DNA of 64,000 nucleotides from Anolis carolinensis (Eukaryota): contig NW_026943825.1 in NCBI RefSeq assembly GCF_035594765.1, forward strand, positions 434,001 to 498,000, given 5' to 3'. Below the pieces are notes generated by a model. It made no database searches. It had not been told where the DNA came from and was given only the letters and a program-made list of their open reading frames with translations. Below are positions 39,365 to 52,054 of the stretch, piece after piece (position 1 is the stretch's first letter; each line of letters starts with the position of its first letter). The position numbers and the translations under genes are program-made.

Positions 39365-39623
39365 AGGAGAAATGGAAAAAAGAAAGGAAGAGAGGGAGTG
39401 AGAGAGAGGGAGGGAAGGAAGGAAGGAAGGAAGGAAGGAAGGAGGAAGAGAAGTATGGAAGGAAGAAGGGAATGAAGGAAGGAATGAAAGGATGAAGGAG
39501 AGGAAGGGAGGGAGGGAAGGATGGAAGGAAAGAAAAAGAAAAAAGGAAGGAAGGAAGGAAAGAAAAAAGAGGCCGGGAAGGAAAGGAAGGAAACAATGGA
39601 TGGATGGAATGGTAGAAAAGAAA

Positions 39624-39654
<31 letters not shown>

Positions 39655-40200
39655 CGAACAATGAAAGAAATAGGAGGAAGGAAACGATGGATGGAAGTAA
39701 GGAAAGAAACAAAAAGAAAGAAAGAAAGGAAGGAAGGAAGGAGGAAGAGAAGTATGGAAGGAAGAAGGGAATGAATGAAGGAAGGAAAGGATGGATGGAA
39801 GGAAGGGAGGGAGGGAAGAATGGATGGATGGAAGGAAGGAAATAAAAAGAAAAAAGGAAGCAAGGAAGGAAAGAAAAAAGAGGCCCGGAAGGAAAGGTAG
39901 GAAGGAAACAATGGATGGATGGAATGGTAGAAAAGAAAGAAGGAAAGAAAGTAAGAACGAAAGGAAGGAAGGAAGGAAGGAAGGAAGGAAGGAAGGAAGG
40001 AAGGAAGGAAGGAAGGAAGGAAGGGGAAAAAGGAAGAGGAGGAGGAGGGGGGAAGAAGGTCATAATGAAATAACAAAAAATAATGAAATAAAAATTAAAA
40101 TAATGAAAGAAATAGGAGGAAGGAAACGATGGATGGAAGTAAGGAAAGAAACAGAAAGAAAGGAAGGAGAAAAAGGAAGAGGAGGAGGAGGAGGAGGGAA
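39365..40200. repeat. GA-rich low-complexity tract with (GGAA)n and internal duplications
   Basis: Purine-dominated + strand. Confidence 0.9.
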
Positions 40201-40304
40201 GGTGGTCCTTCAGGCAGCCAGGGCGGATTCCCATCCCGTGGTGCCCCCAGCCAAGCCGTGGGGAGGGTCCCGTGGGGTCTCCCTTTGGGGGGGGGGGTCC
40301 CTAC

Positions 40305-40498
40305 CGGCGAAGGCCTTGGCCTGTTCGGTGGGCACGGCCCGGAGGTGGCGCAGGTCGCTCTTGTTGCCCACCAGCATGATGACGATGTTGGCGTCGGCGT
40401 GGTCCTGCAGCTCCTTCAGCCAGCGCTCGGCGTTCTCGTAGGTCAGGTACTTGGCGATGTCGTAGGTCAGGAGGGCGCCCACCGCCCCACGGTAGTAC
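40305..40498 (-). CDS. Rab11-like GTPase exon 3 (194 nt, G4 GNKSDL)
   Basis: ctccag|G; [64 protein letters not shown]; donor G|gtaggg. Confidence 0.95.
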
Positions 40499-40997
40499 CT
40501 GGAGGGGGGGAGGGGGGAGGGAGGGAGGGAGACCGGTCAGTGCCCCACAGAACGGGCACAACAGCCACAACGCGGCCGCCGGCCCCCCACTTCCATGGGC
40601 CTTGGAAGGAAAACAATCTGCAAAACACTGCCCGTCATGGGACCCCCGGGGCACCCCCATTAATGGACTTTAAAGAACCCAAGCCAAACGGAGGATTGAT
40701 TTCGGGAATACGGCCCACGGAAACTCACATGAAGCCAATTGGCTCCTAGTTTCAGCCTTCAAAACGCAGAACTCGCTTTGGAGATATTGCCCATGATGGA
40801 CTTCATAAAACACGCATGGGTTCATCTTCTCACAGCCTGACCGTTGAAGAATCTCCGCAAGACGGAATCTCTGCCTGTCGTGATCCTCGGGGCCTTCCCG
40901 TAGGCTCTCTATTTGGCCATAATAAAGCCCACCCGCAAAATGTAAAGTTGGGAACATGGCGCATTATGGACACCATGACTGACAGAAATATTACAAA

Positions 40998-41360
40998 CTA
41001 GCTGTGCCCGGCCACGCGTTGCTGTGGCTTATGGGAATGCTTTGTTGGCCAAGTGGAACAGCCTTGCAGCTTCAAAAGCCTGAACCCTGGCTGTACCCCA
41101 GCTCCATTGTGGCTGAGGTTGCTAGGAGACAAAGTGGGCAAGGCCTAAAGGGGGCAGGGCCTACCCTTCTGACCAGCAACCCGGGTTGAAAACGGCTCTT
41201 CCTCATTCTCTAATTTGGACTTTATTTTCCTGGGGTTTTTTTTGTTTTGTTTGAAAGACATGTTTTGGATGACTATGTCTTTTGTGGCCAAATTTGGTGT
41301 GATTGGGTTCAGTGGTTTTGTTGTTTACTCAGTCCTACAAACGTACATTACATTTTATAT
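40998..41360 (-). mobile_element. Non-autonomous Helitron
   Basis: 3' end gccacagcaacgcgtggccgggcacagCTAG|T (hairpin plus CTAG) on the - strand. Confidence 0.7.
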
Positions 41361-41361
41361 A

Positions 41362-41569
41362 CTGTATATACTTGAATACAAGCCTAGTTTTTCAGCCCTT
41401 TTTTTAAGACTGAAAAAGCCCCCCTCGGCTTATACTCGGGTGAGAGTCCTGGTGGGCTTATATTTGGGTCAGCTTATACTCAAGAATACAGGGTACATTT
41501 ATTATTTTGGTATTATTACATTTATTATTTTACTCTATTATTGTTACTACTATTAAATTTATTTTACTC

Positions 41570-41600
<31 letters not shown>

Positions 41601-41949
41601 AATAATAATACATTTATTATTTCACTCTGATATTATTATTATTGCATTTATTATTTTACTCTATTATTACATGTATTATTTTACTCTATTATTATTAAAA
41701 GGATACATAAGCACATTTTCATTGAAGAAGATGGGAATAATGATTTGATCAGAGTTGGACAGTCTATCTTAAATTTGAGCTTGATGTAAATATTCAAAAA
41801 CATTTAATCTACTAATGTAAATTTATTGGTATCTATTTTTATTTCTGAAATTTACCACTCTCAGCTTATACTGGAGTCAGTGTTTTCTCAGTTTTTTTGT
41901 GGTAAAATTAGGCTTATATTCAGGTCGGCTTATACTCGAGTATATATGG
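41362..41949. mobile_element. Tc2/pogo-type non-autonomous DNA element family C
   Basis: TIR ctgtatatacttgaatacaagcc / ggcttatactcgagtatatatgg with TA flanks. Confidence 0.7.
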
Positions 41950-42254
41950 TATATAGATTAATTAACTAGGTATGTTCTCTCTATTGTTCTAAGACCAGGT
42001 CACACAACGTTAAAGGCCTCTTGACGCACACGGGACCCCTTGTGGCCCCGTCCCTGTGGGATGGGAATTCTGCGCATGCCCAGGGGCCGAGAAGAGGACC
42101 CAGAATTGGTTCTCTCTTTTGTTATAAGGTCAGCCTGTGGGTTCTTTCTTTTGCTATAAGACCAACCCACTCAATGTTAAGTCCTCTTGGGGCCAGAATG
42201 ACCCCACCCGTGTGGACCGGGAATTCTGCGCATGCCCAGGGGCCGTCTCCCTTA

Positions 42255-42725
<471 letters not shown>

Positions 42726-43164
42726 TTACTGAATCAACACAAACAGACGACAGAGGACACAGGATTCCTCTGTCAAACAGACGACAGACGACACAGGATT
42801 CAAACTCTAGGCAGACAGAACCCGACTCCTGGGCAGACAGAATAGGACCGGACAGACACAATGGATATGCACACACACTTGTGTCTGGATACTCCCTAGT
42901 TCCAGCCACACATCAAGGTCATCACAGGCAGGGTTGGCGGAGAATTGAGACGTGATTTTGGGAATTGTAGTTCACCCACATCCTTGTGCATGTTCCAATG
43001 GGAGCAGTCATAAAAAACAAAGTAAAGATGGGAGTTTTTCCTAATAAATAGTATTACACATTACCAAACCGATAATACCGAATACCCCAAAACACGCAAT
43101 GCCTTCTTCTAAGAACCCGGCACCGCTGGGTCCCCAAGCTTGTATGTGTGTGTGTATGTGTGTG

Positions 43165-43198
<34 letters not shown>

Positions 43199-43201
<3 letters not shown>

Positions 43202-43502
43202 TAAAGTCTCACTTAACCAATGTTCTGGATTATCCAACGCATTTTTGTAGTCATTGTTTTCAATACATCGTGATATTTTGGTGCTAAATTTGTAAATACA
43301 GTAATTACTAAATAGCACTAATGTGCAATGAACTACTTTTTCTGTCAAATTTGTTGTATAACCTGATGTTTTGGTGCTTCATTTGTAAAATCATAACCTA
43401 ATTAGATGTTTAATAAGCTTATCCTTAATCTCTCCTTATTATCCAACATATTCGCTTATCCAACGTTCTGTCGGCCCGTTTCGCTTGGATGAGACTCTAC
43501 TG
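43199..43502. mobile_element. MITE family A (opposite orientation)
   Basis: TIRs and TA flanks. Confidence 0.88.
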
Positions 43503-43827
43503 TATATAATCTATCTTCTATTCACTCATCTATCCATCTAATTCATCTATCCATCTATATTTCTATCTATATTTATCTAGCTATTTATTATCTATATCTG
43601 TCTCCCAAACAGGGAACAAGGAAGGCATGGGCTTGATCTTGGAGCTAAAAAGGGGACCTCCAGAGGCCGTCTAGACTGACCCAACCTCCCCTTGGCTATG
43701 GACTTCTTCTACCTTTTGTAAGACTCAGGCCAAGCCTGCCTCCCATAGGAGTGGACCTACAAGGCTTAGGGTTGGGCTAGATGGCCTTTGGGGGCCCCTT
43801 CCGAAGGCGAGAAGGCCTGGGACTTAC

Positions 43828-43867
43828 TTTTGAACAAGTAATCGTACTCGTCGTCCTTGCCTCGCAT
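43828..43867 (-). CDS. Rab11-like GTPase coding exon 1 (40 nt); total CDS 660 nt, 219 aa
   Basis: ATG-MRGKDDEYDYLFK-A|gtaagt; Rab11 N-terminal DDEYDYLFK signature. Confidence 0.93.
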
Positions 43868-43899
43868 CCTGTCCAATTTCTTGCCCTAAAAGAGAGAGA

Positions 43900-44115
43900 A
43901 AATGCCCCTTTTCCCAGGTAAGGACACACCTGTCTCAGTGAGGAGGAGGAGGAGGAGGGTGATCTCACCTCTTTGGGATTTCCTGGGTTCAACCGGCTCC
44001 AGGTGCAACACCTGCACTGCCATTGGTCGCTTTGGCCGCCTTCTTCCTGATTGGCCCCCATTGGCTGCCCAGGGCCTCACCTGGCCACAGGTAACTCAGG
44101 GGGCGGGGCCACCCC
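43900..44115 (-). promoter_or_regulatory. Probable promoter and 5' UTR of the Rab11-like gene
   Basis: Three CCAAT boxes (44022-44064), GC box near 44100, six CAGGTG/CAGGTA boxes; possible 83-nt 5' UTR intron 43886-43968. Confidence 0.55.
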
Positions 44116-44374
44116 CATCCCTCCCTCCTTTCCCTCCTCTTTTAAAGGGACAAGTCTTGGGGTTGATTCCATTTCAATTTAATTTAATTTAATTGAGAAT
44201 ATTGAGCCTTCTTTGAGATAGAAATACCAATAATAATAATAATAATAATAATAGGATAGCAGTAATAGCAATATAATATATTATTATAATATATATATAA
44301 CAGTTATTAATAATATTATAGTATATATAGTAGTCGCAGTAATAATAGGATAGCAGTAATAGCAATATAATATA

Positions 44375-44415
<41 letters not shown>

Positions 44416-44418
<3 letters not shown>

Positions 44419-44738
44419 TAGAGTCTCACTTATCCAACACTCGCTTATCCAATGTTCTGGATTATCCAACACATTTTTGTAGTCAACGTTTTCAATACAT
44501 CATGATATTTTGGTGCTAAACTCATAAATACAGTAATTACTACATATCATTACTGTGTATTGAACTACTTTTACTGTCAAATTTGTTGTCTAACATGATG
44601 TTTTGGTGCTTAATTTGTAAAACCATAACCTAATTTGATGTTTAATAGGCTTTACCTTAATCCCTTCTTATTATCCAACATATTCGCTTATCCAACATTC
44701 TGCCGGCCCGTTTATGTTGGATAAGTGAGACTCTACTG
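44416..44738. mobile_element. MITE family A
   Basis: TIRs and TA flanks. Confidence 0.9.
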
Positions 44739-44788
44739 TAGTAGTCGCAGTAATAATAGGATAACAGTAATAGCAATATAATATATAT

Positions 44789-44840
<52 letters not shown>

Positions 44841-45189
44841 ACATTATTATTAATATTATAATATATATAATAGTAGCAGTCGCAGTAATAATAATAATAA
44901 TAGGATATCAGTAATAGCAATATTATATATATATATATATATAAAACATTATTATTAATATTGTAATATATATAATAGTAGCAGTTGCAGTAATAATAAT
45001 AATAATAGGATAGCAGTAATAGCAATATAATATATATATACAGTATATATTATATAATAATAATATAATATTAATATTATAACATATATATTATAGTAGC
45101 AGTAATAATTATAGGGTAGCAGTAATAGTATGCACTTTATATATGTGTGTGTGTGTATATATATATCTATATCTATATATATATATAGT

Positions 45190-45505
45190 TAAAGGTAAAG
45201 GTTTCTCCTGACGTTAAGTCCAACTCTGGGGGTTGGGGCTCATCTCCATTTCTAAGCTTAAGAGCCGGCGTTGTCCATAGACACCTCCAAGGTCATGTGG
45301 CCACTGGCATGACTGCATGGAGCGCCATTACCTTCCCACCAGAGCAGTACCTATTGATCTACTCACATTGGCATGTTTTCGAACTGCTAGGTTGGCAGAA
45401 GCTGGGGCTAACAGCAGGAGCTCACCCCGCTCCCTGGATTCGAACTGCCGACCTTTCGGTCAGCAAGTTCAGCAGCTCAGCGGTTTAATCCGCTGCGCCA
45501 CCAGG
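45190..45505 (-). mobile_element. Sauria SINE, near full length
   Basis: Reverse complement of tRNA-like head, body and (acctttt)-type tail. Confidence 0.88.
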
Positions 45506-45524
45506 GTATATATAATTATATATC

Positions 45525-45571
<47 letters not shown>

Positions 45572-46950
45572 TATATTATATATAATTGTATATATAATAG
45601 TAATAATAGTAGAAGCCGCGGTGGCGCAATGGGTTAAACCCTTGAGCCAGCTGAACTGCTGACTTGAAGGTTAGGTCGCTGACCTGAAAGTTGCTGGTTC
45701 AAATCCACGAGGCAGGGTGAGCTCCTGTCTGTCAGCTCTAGCTTGCAGGGACATGAGAGAAGCCTCCCAGCAAACACGTCCTGGGCATAGAGGACCCCCA
45801 TGATCAATTGAACATGTTGCTGTGGTTCATGGGAATTGACGCTGATTATGGGAGTTGTAGTTCACCGATATCCAGAGAACATTCCACCCAGACAACAACG
45901 GATCTGGACCGAACTTAAGAGATATTACCTAACATCCCAAAACAAACAATGCCTTCTTCTAATAACCCGGGCACCGCCGGGTTCCCAAGTTAGTATATAT
46001 AAAATTGTGTTTATAATAATAGTATAATGGTAATAGCATGTATAATAATAGTAATCATAGTTATTATAATAGTATAGCAGTAATAGTAAATAATAATAAT
46101 AATATAGTATATATAACATTGTGTTTATAATAATAGTATAATGGTAATAGTATGTATAATAATAGTAATCATAGTTATTACAATAATAGTATAGCAGTAA
46201 TAGTAAATAATAATAATAATATAGTATGTAGCAATATATCATAATGAGAGCTTGGGAAAATGGTGGTCTTTTGGGGATCTTGGGAGCTATACCATAAAAG
46301 TAAGCCTTTTATAAGTCTTGGGGTGCATTTACACTGCCAAATTAATGCAGATTGAACCCACACAATTAGTCGGGGACCTGGGAGTAGTAGTTTCACAAGG
46401 CCTTCTCCGCCAAAGCGATGCCTGAGTCAAAGCAACAGATGAAGAATCAATCTGATGCCTATTATATCCAGATAAAAAATAATAAAAACCCTTCAATAAA
46501 TAAAGAGAAAGACACGTCTTGGATCCAGAGCCATGCATTTACAAAACAGGTTGATTAGTATTTTATACAGATATATATATATATTTAGAGAGAGAGAGAG
46601 AGAGAGAATTATAAAATGTACTACGTCGCCTTGAGTCAAGACTAAAGGTGTCAGTCCACACTGCATTTTAATATACCACTTTGATCCCACTTTAAAATCC
46701 CAAGAATAGGCCGAGTGAGATGGAACGGCAACAACAGCAGCGCAGGATGGAATCCCAGCCGAGACGCCATTTCGTTACTGATTAACTAGAGCGGATAAGG
46801 AGTCGTATGTGTTCCATCCGGACCAGGTCTTTCGCCCGATTTGGATTCTTTAACTCGAAGAAGCAAACGGGTGGAGAGCAATGGTTGCCGGGTCTTTGCC
46901 GCCAATGGCTTCCACTGGGTCCGTCCTTCTTCTTCCCTCCTGTTTGAGAT

Positions 46951-47090
46951 TCATAGGTTGACGCAACAGGCCCGCTTTCCCGGTTCGGATGGTGGTCCGG
47001 AAGCCGTGGTGCTGGGGTTTTCGGCCGAAAGCTGGACGGCCTCCTCCAAGGGGCTCTTCTGCTTCTGCTTCCGCACCTTGTTGAAAATGT
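46951..47090 (-). CDS. RAB25: RAB25 exon 5 (CCVNL prenylation motif); total CDS 651 nt, 216 aa
   Basis: ttggcag|AC; DIFNKVRKQKQKSPLEEAVQLSAENPSTTASGPPSEPGKRACCVNL-TGA. Confidence 0.9.
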
Positions 47091-47163
47091 CTGCCAAAGC
47101 AAAAGAAAACCCCAAATTGCAGCCTTTTAAACTAAGGATCCTGAAATGGGTTCTATTACATTA

Positions 47164-47638
47164 TCTATATATATATAAGAGTAATGGCATCACGGCGACC
47201 CACAAAACAACAAAACTACAGGACCCCCAACCTCGAAATTTGACAACACAACCCATCATCCACGCCTCTAGGTTGATACAACAAAAAGAAAAGAAAAATA
47301 AAGTCCTAATTAGAGAGAGAGGAATAATTGCTTTTATCCAATTGCTGCCAGTTAGAAGGCTAAGCTCCTCCAACTTGGTCTCCTAGCAACCCAATAAAAA
47401 ATAATAAAAAACACTAAAAATAATTAAAAACACTAAAAAAATTAATACAATAAAATACTATAATAACAGAAAATAACTAAAAATAATACAAGAAAATAAT
47501 AAAATATAATAAATAAAAAGATAACTTACAATAAAATAAATTAAAAAATACAAATAACGTCAAATAAAAATTACACAACAATTTTTAACCAATACCACCA
47601 CCACTTTGCCACAGCAACGCGTGGCCGGGCACAGCTAG
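47164..47638 (+). mobile_element. Non-autonomous Helitron
   Basis: A|TC 5' end, 3' hairpin gccac...gtggc and CTAG|T; no TSD. Confidence 0.78.
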
Positions 47639-47659
47639 TGTTATATTATATATATATTA

Positions 47660-48235
47660 CTAGCTGTGCCCGGCCACGTGTTGCTGTGGCGAAGTATGTT
47701 GTTATGGGAAATAAAGTATTGAGGAATTGGTGGTAGTGAAGGTCAAGGGTCAAGGTTTTCCCCTGACGTTAAGTCCAGTTGTGTCCGACTGCACACTGAA
47801 GTGGATCATATGGCAGTGTGGAGTCAAGATAATCCTGTTCAAAGCAGATAATATAAGATTATAAATGGGTTCTATAGCTGGGTGGAAGGGCCTTGAGTCT
47901 ACACTGCCATATAATCCAGTTCAAATCTGATAATCTGTCTTTTATAGGCAGTGTGGAAGAGGCCTAAGTGAGGCCTAACTCTGCCTGTCCCCTGGGCTGA
48001 GTGGGTTGCTAGGAGACCAAGTGGGCGGAGCTTAGCCTTCTAACTGGCAGCCATTGGATAAAAACAATTCTTCCTCTCCCTCTAATTAGGACTTTATTTT
48101 TCTTTTCTTTTTGTTGTATGAATGTAGAGGCATGGATGAGGGGTTGTGCTGCCAAGTTTAGTGTTTCTGGGATGTGTAGTTTTGTTGTTTTGTCCTAGGC
48201 CGAAATTTCATTACCCTTTTATATATATATATAGA
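47660..48235 (-). mobile_element. Non-autonomous Helitron (related family)
   Basis: Same 3' terminus on the - strand; 5' TC near 48235. Confidence 0.78.
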
Positions 48236-48409
48236 TAGATATTATCCAGTTATGTTATTATTTATTTTTATTTATTGGGTACTTTGTTATGGCTATGAAC
48301 ATACTTTTGGGATTAGACGGGCTTGTTTATTTTGTCTTGTATTATTGCCATTTTTTGTTGGAAGCCACCCTGAGTCCCCCCAGGGAGACAGGGTGGAAGA
48401 TAATTAAAG

Positions 48410-48458
<49 letters not shown>

Positions 48459-49223
48459 TATATTATCATTATTAGTAATATTATTATATATAATATCTCT
48501 CTATATAAAAATGTAATGTGCGTTTTTATTATGGTGTAAACAACAAAACCACTGAACCAAATCACACCAAATTTAGCCACAAAAGACATAGTCATCCAAA
48601 ATATGTCTTTCAAACAAAAAAACTAGAAAAATAAAGTCCAAATTAGAGGAAGAGGAAGAACTGTTTTTCCCCCTTGCTGCCAGTTAGAAGGGTAGGCTCC
48701 GCCCACTTTGTCTCCTAGCAACCCACTCAGCCATTTAATGGCGCCCAGGGCCTCTTCAACCAAGGCTCTTCCACACTGCCTATAAAATACAGATTATCTG
48801 ATTTGAACTGGATTATATGGCAGTGTAGACTCAAGGCCCTTCCACACACCTATATAACCCAGAATGCCAAGGCATTATATTTATTATAATATACAAAATA
48901 TAGTATATAATACAATATACTATAATATTATTTATTTACTTTATTTCTGCCCCGAAGGGGACTGAAGACGGTTTACATAGGGCAACCACCAGATGCCTTA
49001 AAATACACACACAGAGAGACTTGAAATCAATTAAATTTAAAATTAATACATATTAAACATTAATATTAAAATTGCATCCTCCGAAAAACATAGTCAAATA
49101 ATATGATATTAGTTGTAATTATAATATGATATTAGTTGTAATAATAATAATAATAATAATAACAACAACAACAGATACATAGCCTCTTTGAGTCTCCTTC
49201 AGGAGAGATAAAGCAGGGTATAA

Positions 49224-49272
<49 letters not shown>

Positions 49273-49353
49273 CTCTGAGGATGGTTTCGAAGGCCAGTTC
49301 AACGTTGGTGGAGTCCAGGGCGGAGGTCTCCAGGAAAAGCAGGCCGTTGTTTT
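49273..49353 (-). CDS. RAB25: RAB25 exon 4 (81 nt)
   Basis: tttgcag|AA; [27 protein letters not shown]; donor G|gttatt. Confidence 0.92.
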
Positions 49354-49481
49354 CTGCAAAGGAGGACCGCAATGAGAACCATGCCTGCAGGGAGTGGGCC
49401 CTCCTGAGGTCATCTAGACTGACCTAAGGCAACCTGATGGGGCGGGGGCCCTCCTGAAGCCCCGCAGAAGCCCCTCATCAC

Positions 49482-49675
49482 CTGCGTACATCCGGGCCTC
49501 CTGGGTGGGCACCTCTCGGCTGTGTGCCAGGTCGGCCTTGTTTCCCACCAGCATGACCACGATGGTGGCCTCGGCGTGGTCGTAGAGCTCCTTCAGCCAG
49601 CGCTCCACCACCTCGTAGCTCTGGTGCCGGGAGATGTCGTAGACCAGCAGCGCTCCCACGGCACCGCGGTAGTAT
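49482..49675 (-). CDS. RAB25: RAB25 exon 3 (194 nt)
   Basis: ctccag|A; [49 protein letters not shown]...EARMYA; donor G|gtgatg. Confidence 0.95.
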
Positions 49676-49721
49676 CTGGAGGAGGGAACGAGAATGCTTA
49701 CGGAAAAGTAAACAACTGCTT

Positions 49722-50296
49722 TTGAAGCAGCGCTAAGGAATAGTTTTCTCAAGAGAGAAAGAATTTTCTCATGAAAGGAAGACCTTGGATTTCCCTTATG
49801 AAGCAGCTTGATGAATAGTTTTCTCATGAGAGAGTTTTCTCATGAAAGGAAGACCTTGGATTTCCCTTATGAAGCAGCTTGATGAATAGTTTTCTCATGA
49901 GAGAGTTTTCTCATGAAAGGAAGACCTTGGATTTCCCTTATGAAGCAGCGCTGATGAATAGTTTTTTCACGAGAGTTTTCTCATGAAAGAAAGACCTTGG
50001 ATTTCCCTTATGAAGCAGCTTGATGAATAGTTTTCTCATGAGAGTTTTCTCATGAAAGGAAGACCTTGGATTTCCCTTATGAAGCAGCTCTGATGAATAG
50101 TTTTCTCACAAGAGAAAGAGTTTTCTCATGAAAGAAAGACCTTGGATTTCCCTTATGAAGCAGTGCTGATCTCTCTTTCTTTTCACGAGAGTTTTCTCAT
50201 GAAAGAAAGACCTTGGATTTCCCTTATGAAGCAGCGCTGATGAATAGTTTTCTCATGAGAGTTTTCTCATGAAAGGAAGACCTTGGATTTCCCTTA
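49722..50296. repeat. Tandem repeat, ~71-bp unit, 8 copies
   Basis: gaccttggatttccctta at 49781, 49852, 49923, 49993, 50062, 50138, 50209, 50279. Confidence 0.92.
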
Positions 50297-50543
50297 AAAG
50301 CCTGGTCCCTCTCTATTATGGCGGGAGAATGATCTTTGCTCAGTGTTCCTGTATCTTTGGATTTTGCTTCAGGTTCCAGCCTGGTTTGCCTTTAATAAAG
50401 CCCAGAGTTGGGAGAGACCCCCAAAGGCCATCCAGTCTGAATGCACAAGGAAGGAACGCATGAATGAATGAATCCATAGAACCGCATGGCGGGAAGGGCC
50501 CCCCGAGGCCATCCATCCCACCCCAAGCCGGACAGGGACTCAC

Positions 50544-50739
50544 GCGGAGGTGATGGCGCGGTATCGCTCGAGCCCGGCGGTGTCCCAGACCTGGGCCTTG
50601 ACCAGGGCGCGGTCGATGAGGAGGGTCCGGGTGGAGAACTCCACGCCGATGGTGGTGCGGCTGTCGTGGCTGAACTCGTTGCGCGTGAAGCGCGACAACA
50701 GGTTCGTCTTGCCCACGCCGGACTCGCCAATCAGCACCA
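50544..50739 (-). CDS. RAB25: RAB25 exon 2 (196 nt; diagnostic WDTAGLE)
   Basis: [39 protein letters not shown]...[15 protein letters not shown]; Leu at the catalytic Gln position is the RAB25 hallmark. Confidence 0.96.
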
Positions 50740-51009
50740 CTGCAGCACACCCACGGATGGAAATATAATAATAATAATACACACAATAACAGACATAATA
50801 ATTATAATAATTCACATGATAATTAACATAATAGAAATATAATACAGTAATAATAATAATACAATAATTATTATAATTCAAATAATAAATGTAATAGAAA
50901 TATAATACAGTAATAATACACAGAACAACATACATAATTATAATAATTCACATAAGAAACATAATAGAAATATAATACAGTAATAATAATACACACAATA
51001 AAATACATT

Positions 51010-51515
51010 AATAAACGTAATAATACCAATAGTAATAGAGAAAAATAATAAACGTAATAATACCAATAATAATAGAGAAAAATAATAACTTTAATAATAC
51101 CAATAATAGTAAGAGAAAAATAATAAATGTAATAATACAAATAATAATAGAGAAAAATAATAAATGTAATAATACCAATAGTAATAGAGAAAAATAATAA
51201 ATGTAATAATACCAATAGTAATAGAGAAAAATAATAAATGTAATAATACCAATAATAATAGAGAAAAATAATAAATGTAATAACACAAATAATAATAGAG
51301 AAAAATAATAAATGTAATAATACCAATAGTAATAGAGAAAAATAATAAATGTAATAATACCAATAATAATAGAGAAAAATAATAAATGTACCGTATATTC
51401 TCGAGTATAAGCTGACCCAAATATAAGCCAACCAGGACCCTCACCCGAGTATAAGCCAAGGCAAGCCGAGTATAAGCCAGGCTTAAAAAAGGGCTTATAC
51501 TCGAGTATATACAGT
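51010..51515. repeat. ~36-bp tandem repeat (about 10 copies) expanded from a family C element fragment
   Basis: agagaaaaataataaatgtaataataccaataataat units abut the family C end at 51390-51515. Confidence 0.8.
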
Positions 51516-51762
51516 AATACAATAATACACATATCATAATAAATAAAATAACAAATAATAATATTAATAATTGTAATAATGATTATTCCTTATCCGTACC
51601 AAGATCTGACCTAGTTCATGTGGAAAGGGGCATTTGTGGAAGGAAGGACACCAACGGATCCCTCCCGACAGATGCCCGTCCAGCGTCTCATGGAATCCCA
51701 AAGGCCATCCAGTCCAACCCCAGTGTCCTGCCCGGCATGGAATCCCATTGGAAAGCACTCAC

Positions 51763-51802
51763 CTTTGAAGACAAAGTTGTAGTCGTCCTCAGAGGCAGCC
51801 AT
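51763..51802 (-). CDS. RAB25: RAB25 coding exon 1 (40 nt)
   Basis: MAASEDDYNFVFK-G|gtgagt; RAB25-type EDYNFVFK motif. Confidence 0.93.
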
Positions 51803-51804
51803 CC

Positions 51805-52030
51805 TTCACCTGGGAGGCTCACCTGCCTTCTTGGCACCGAGAGCGAGGAAAGGAAGAAAGGAAGACGGAAGGAAAGAAGGAAGGAAGGAAGGAAGGAGCC
51901 TGGCTCTCACCTGGAGGCAGGTAGGGCTCCCTCCCGCCCTCCCAGCCAAGGTGAAAGGTGAGTCAACAGGTGGGGCCGAACCCGACAAACAGGTAAAGAG
52001 AGGCCCCGCCCACCTGCCTCACCTGGAAAG
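51805..52030 (-). promoter_or_regulatory. Probable RAB25 promoter with E-box cluster, AP-1 and GC box
   Basis: Six CACCTG/CAGGTG, two CAGGTA, TGAGTCA at 51959-51965, ggccccgccc near 52002. Confidence 0.6.
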
Positions 52031-52054
52031 AAGGGAGGGAGGGGCCAAGGCCAA

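Noticed and set aside
39195-40441. Long FLPS-rich and GRKE-rich ORFs
   Set aside because: Translations of (GGAA)n intronic repeat; only the 81-nt and 194-nt exon parts are coding.
49722-50296. CRISPR-like array with palindromic unit
   Set aside because: Whole unit is repeated with no unique spacers; ordinary VNTR.
50871-51537. Hydrophobic Tyr/Ile/Leu-rich membrane-protein ORFs
   Set aside because: Products of a 36-bp AT-rich tandem repeat.
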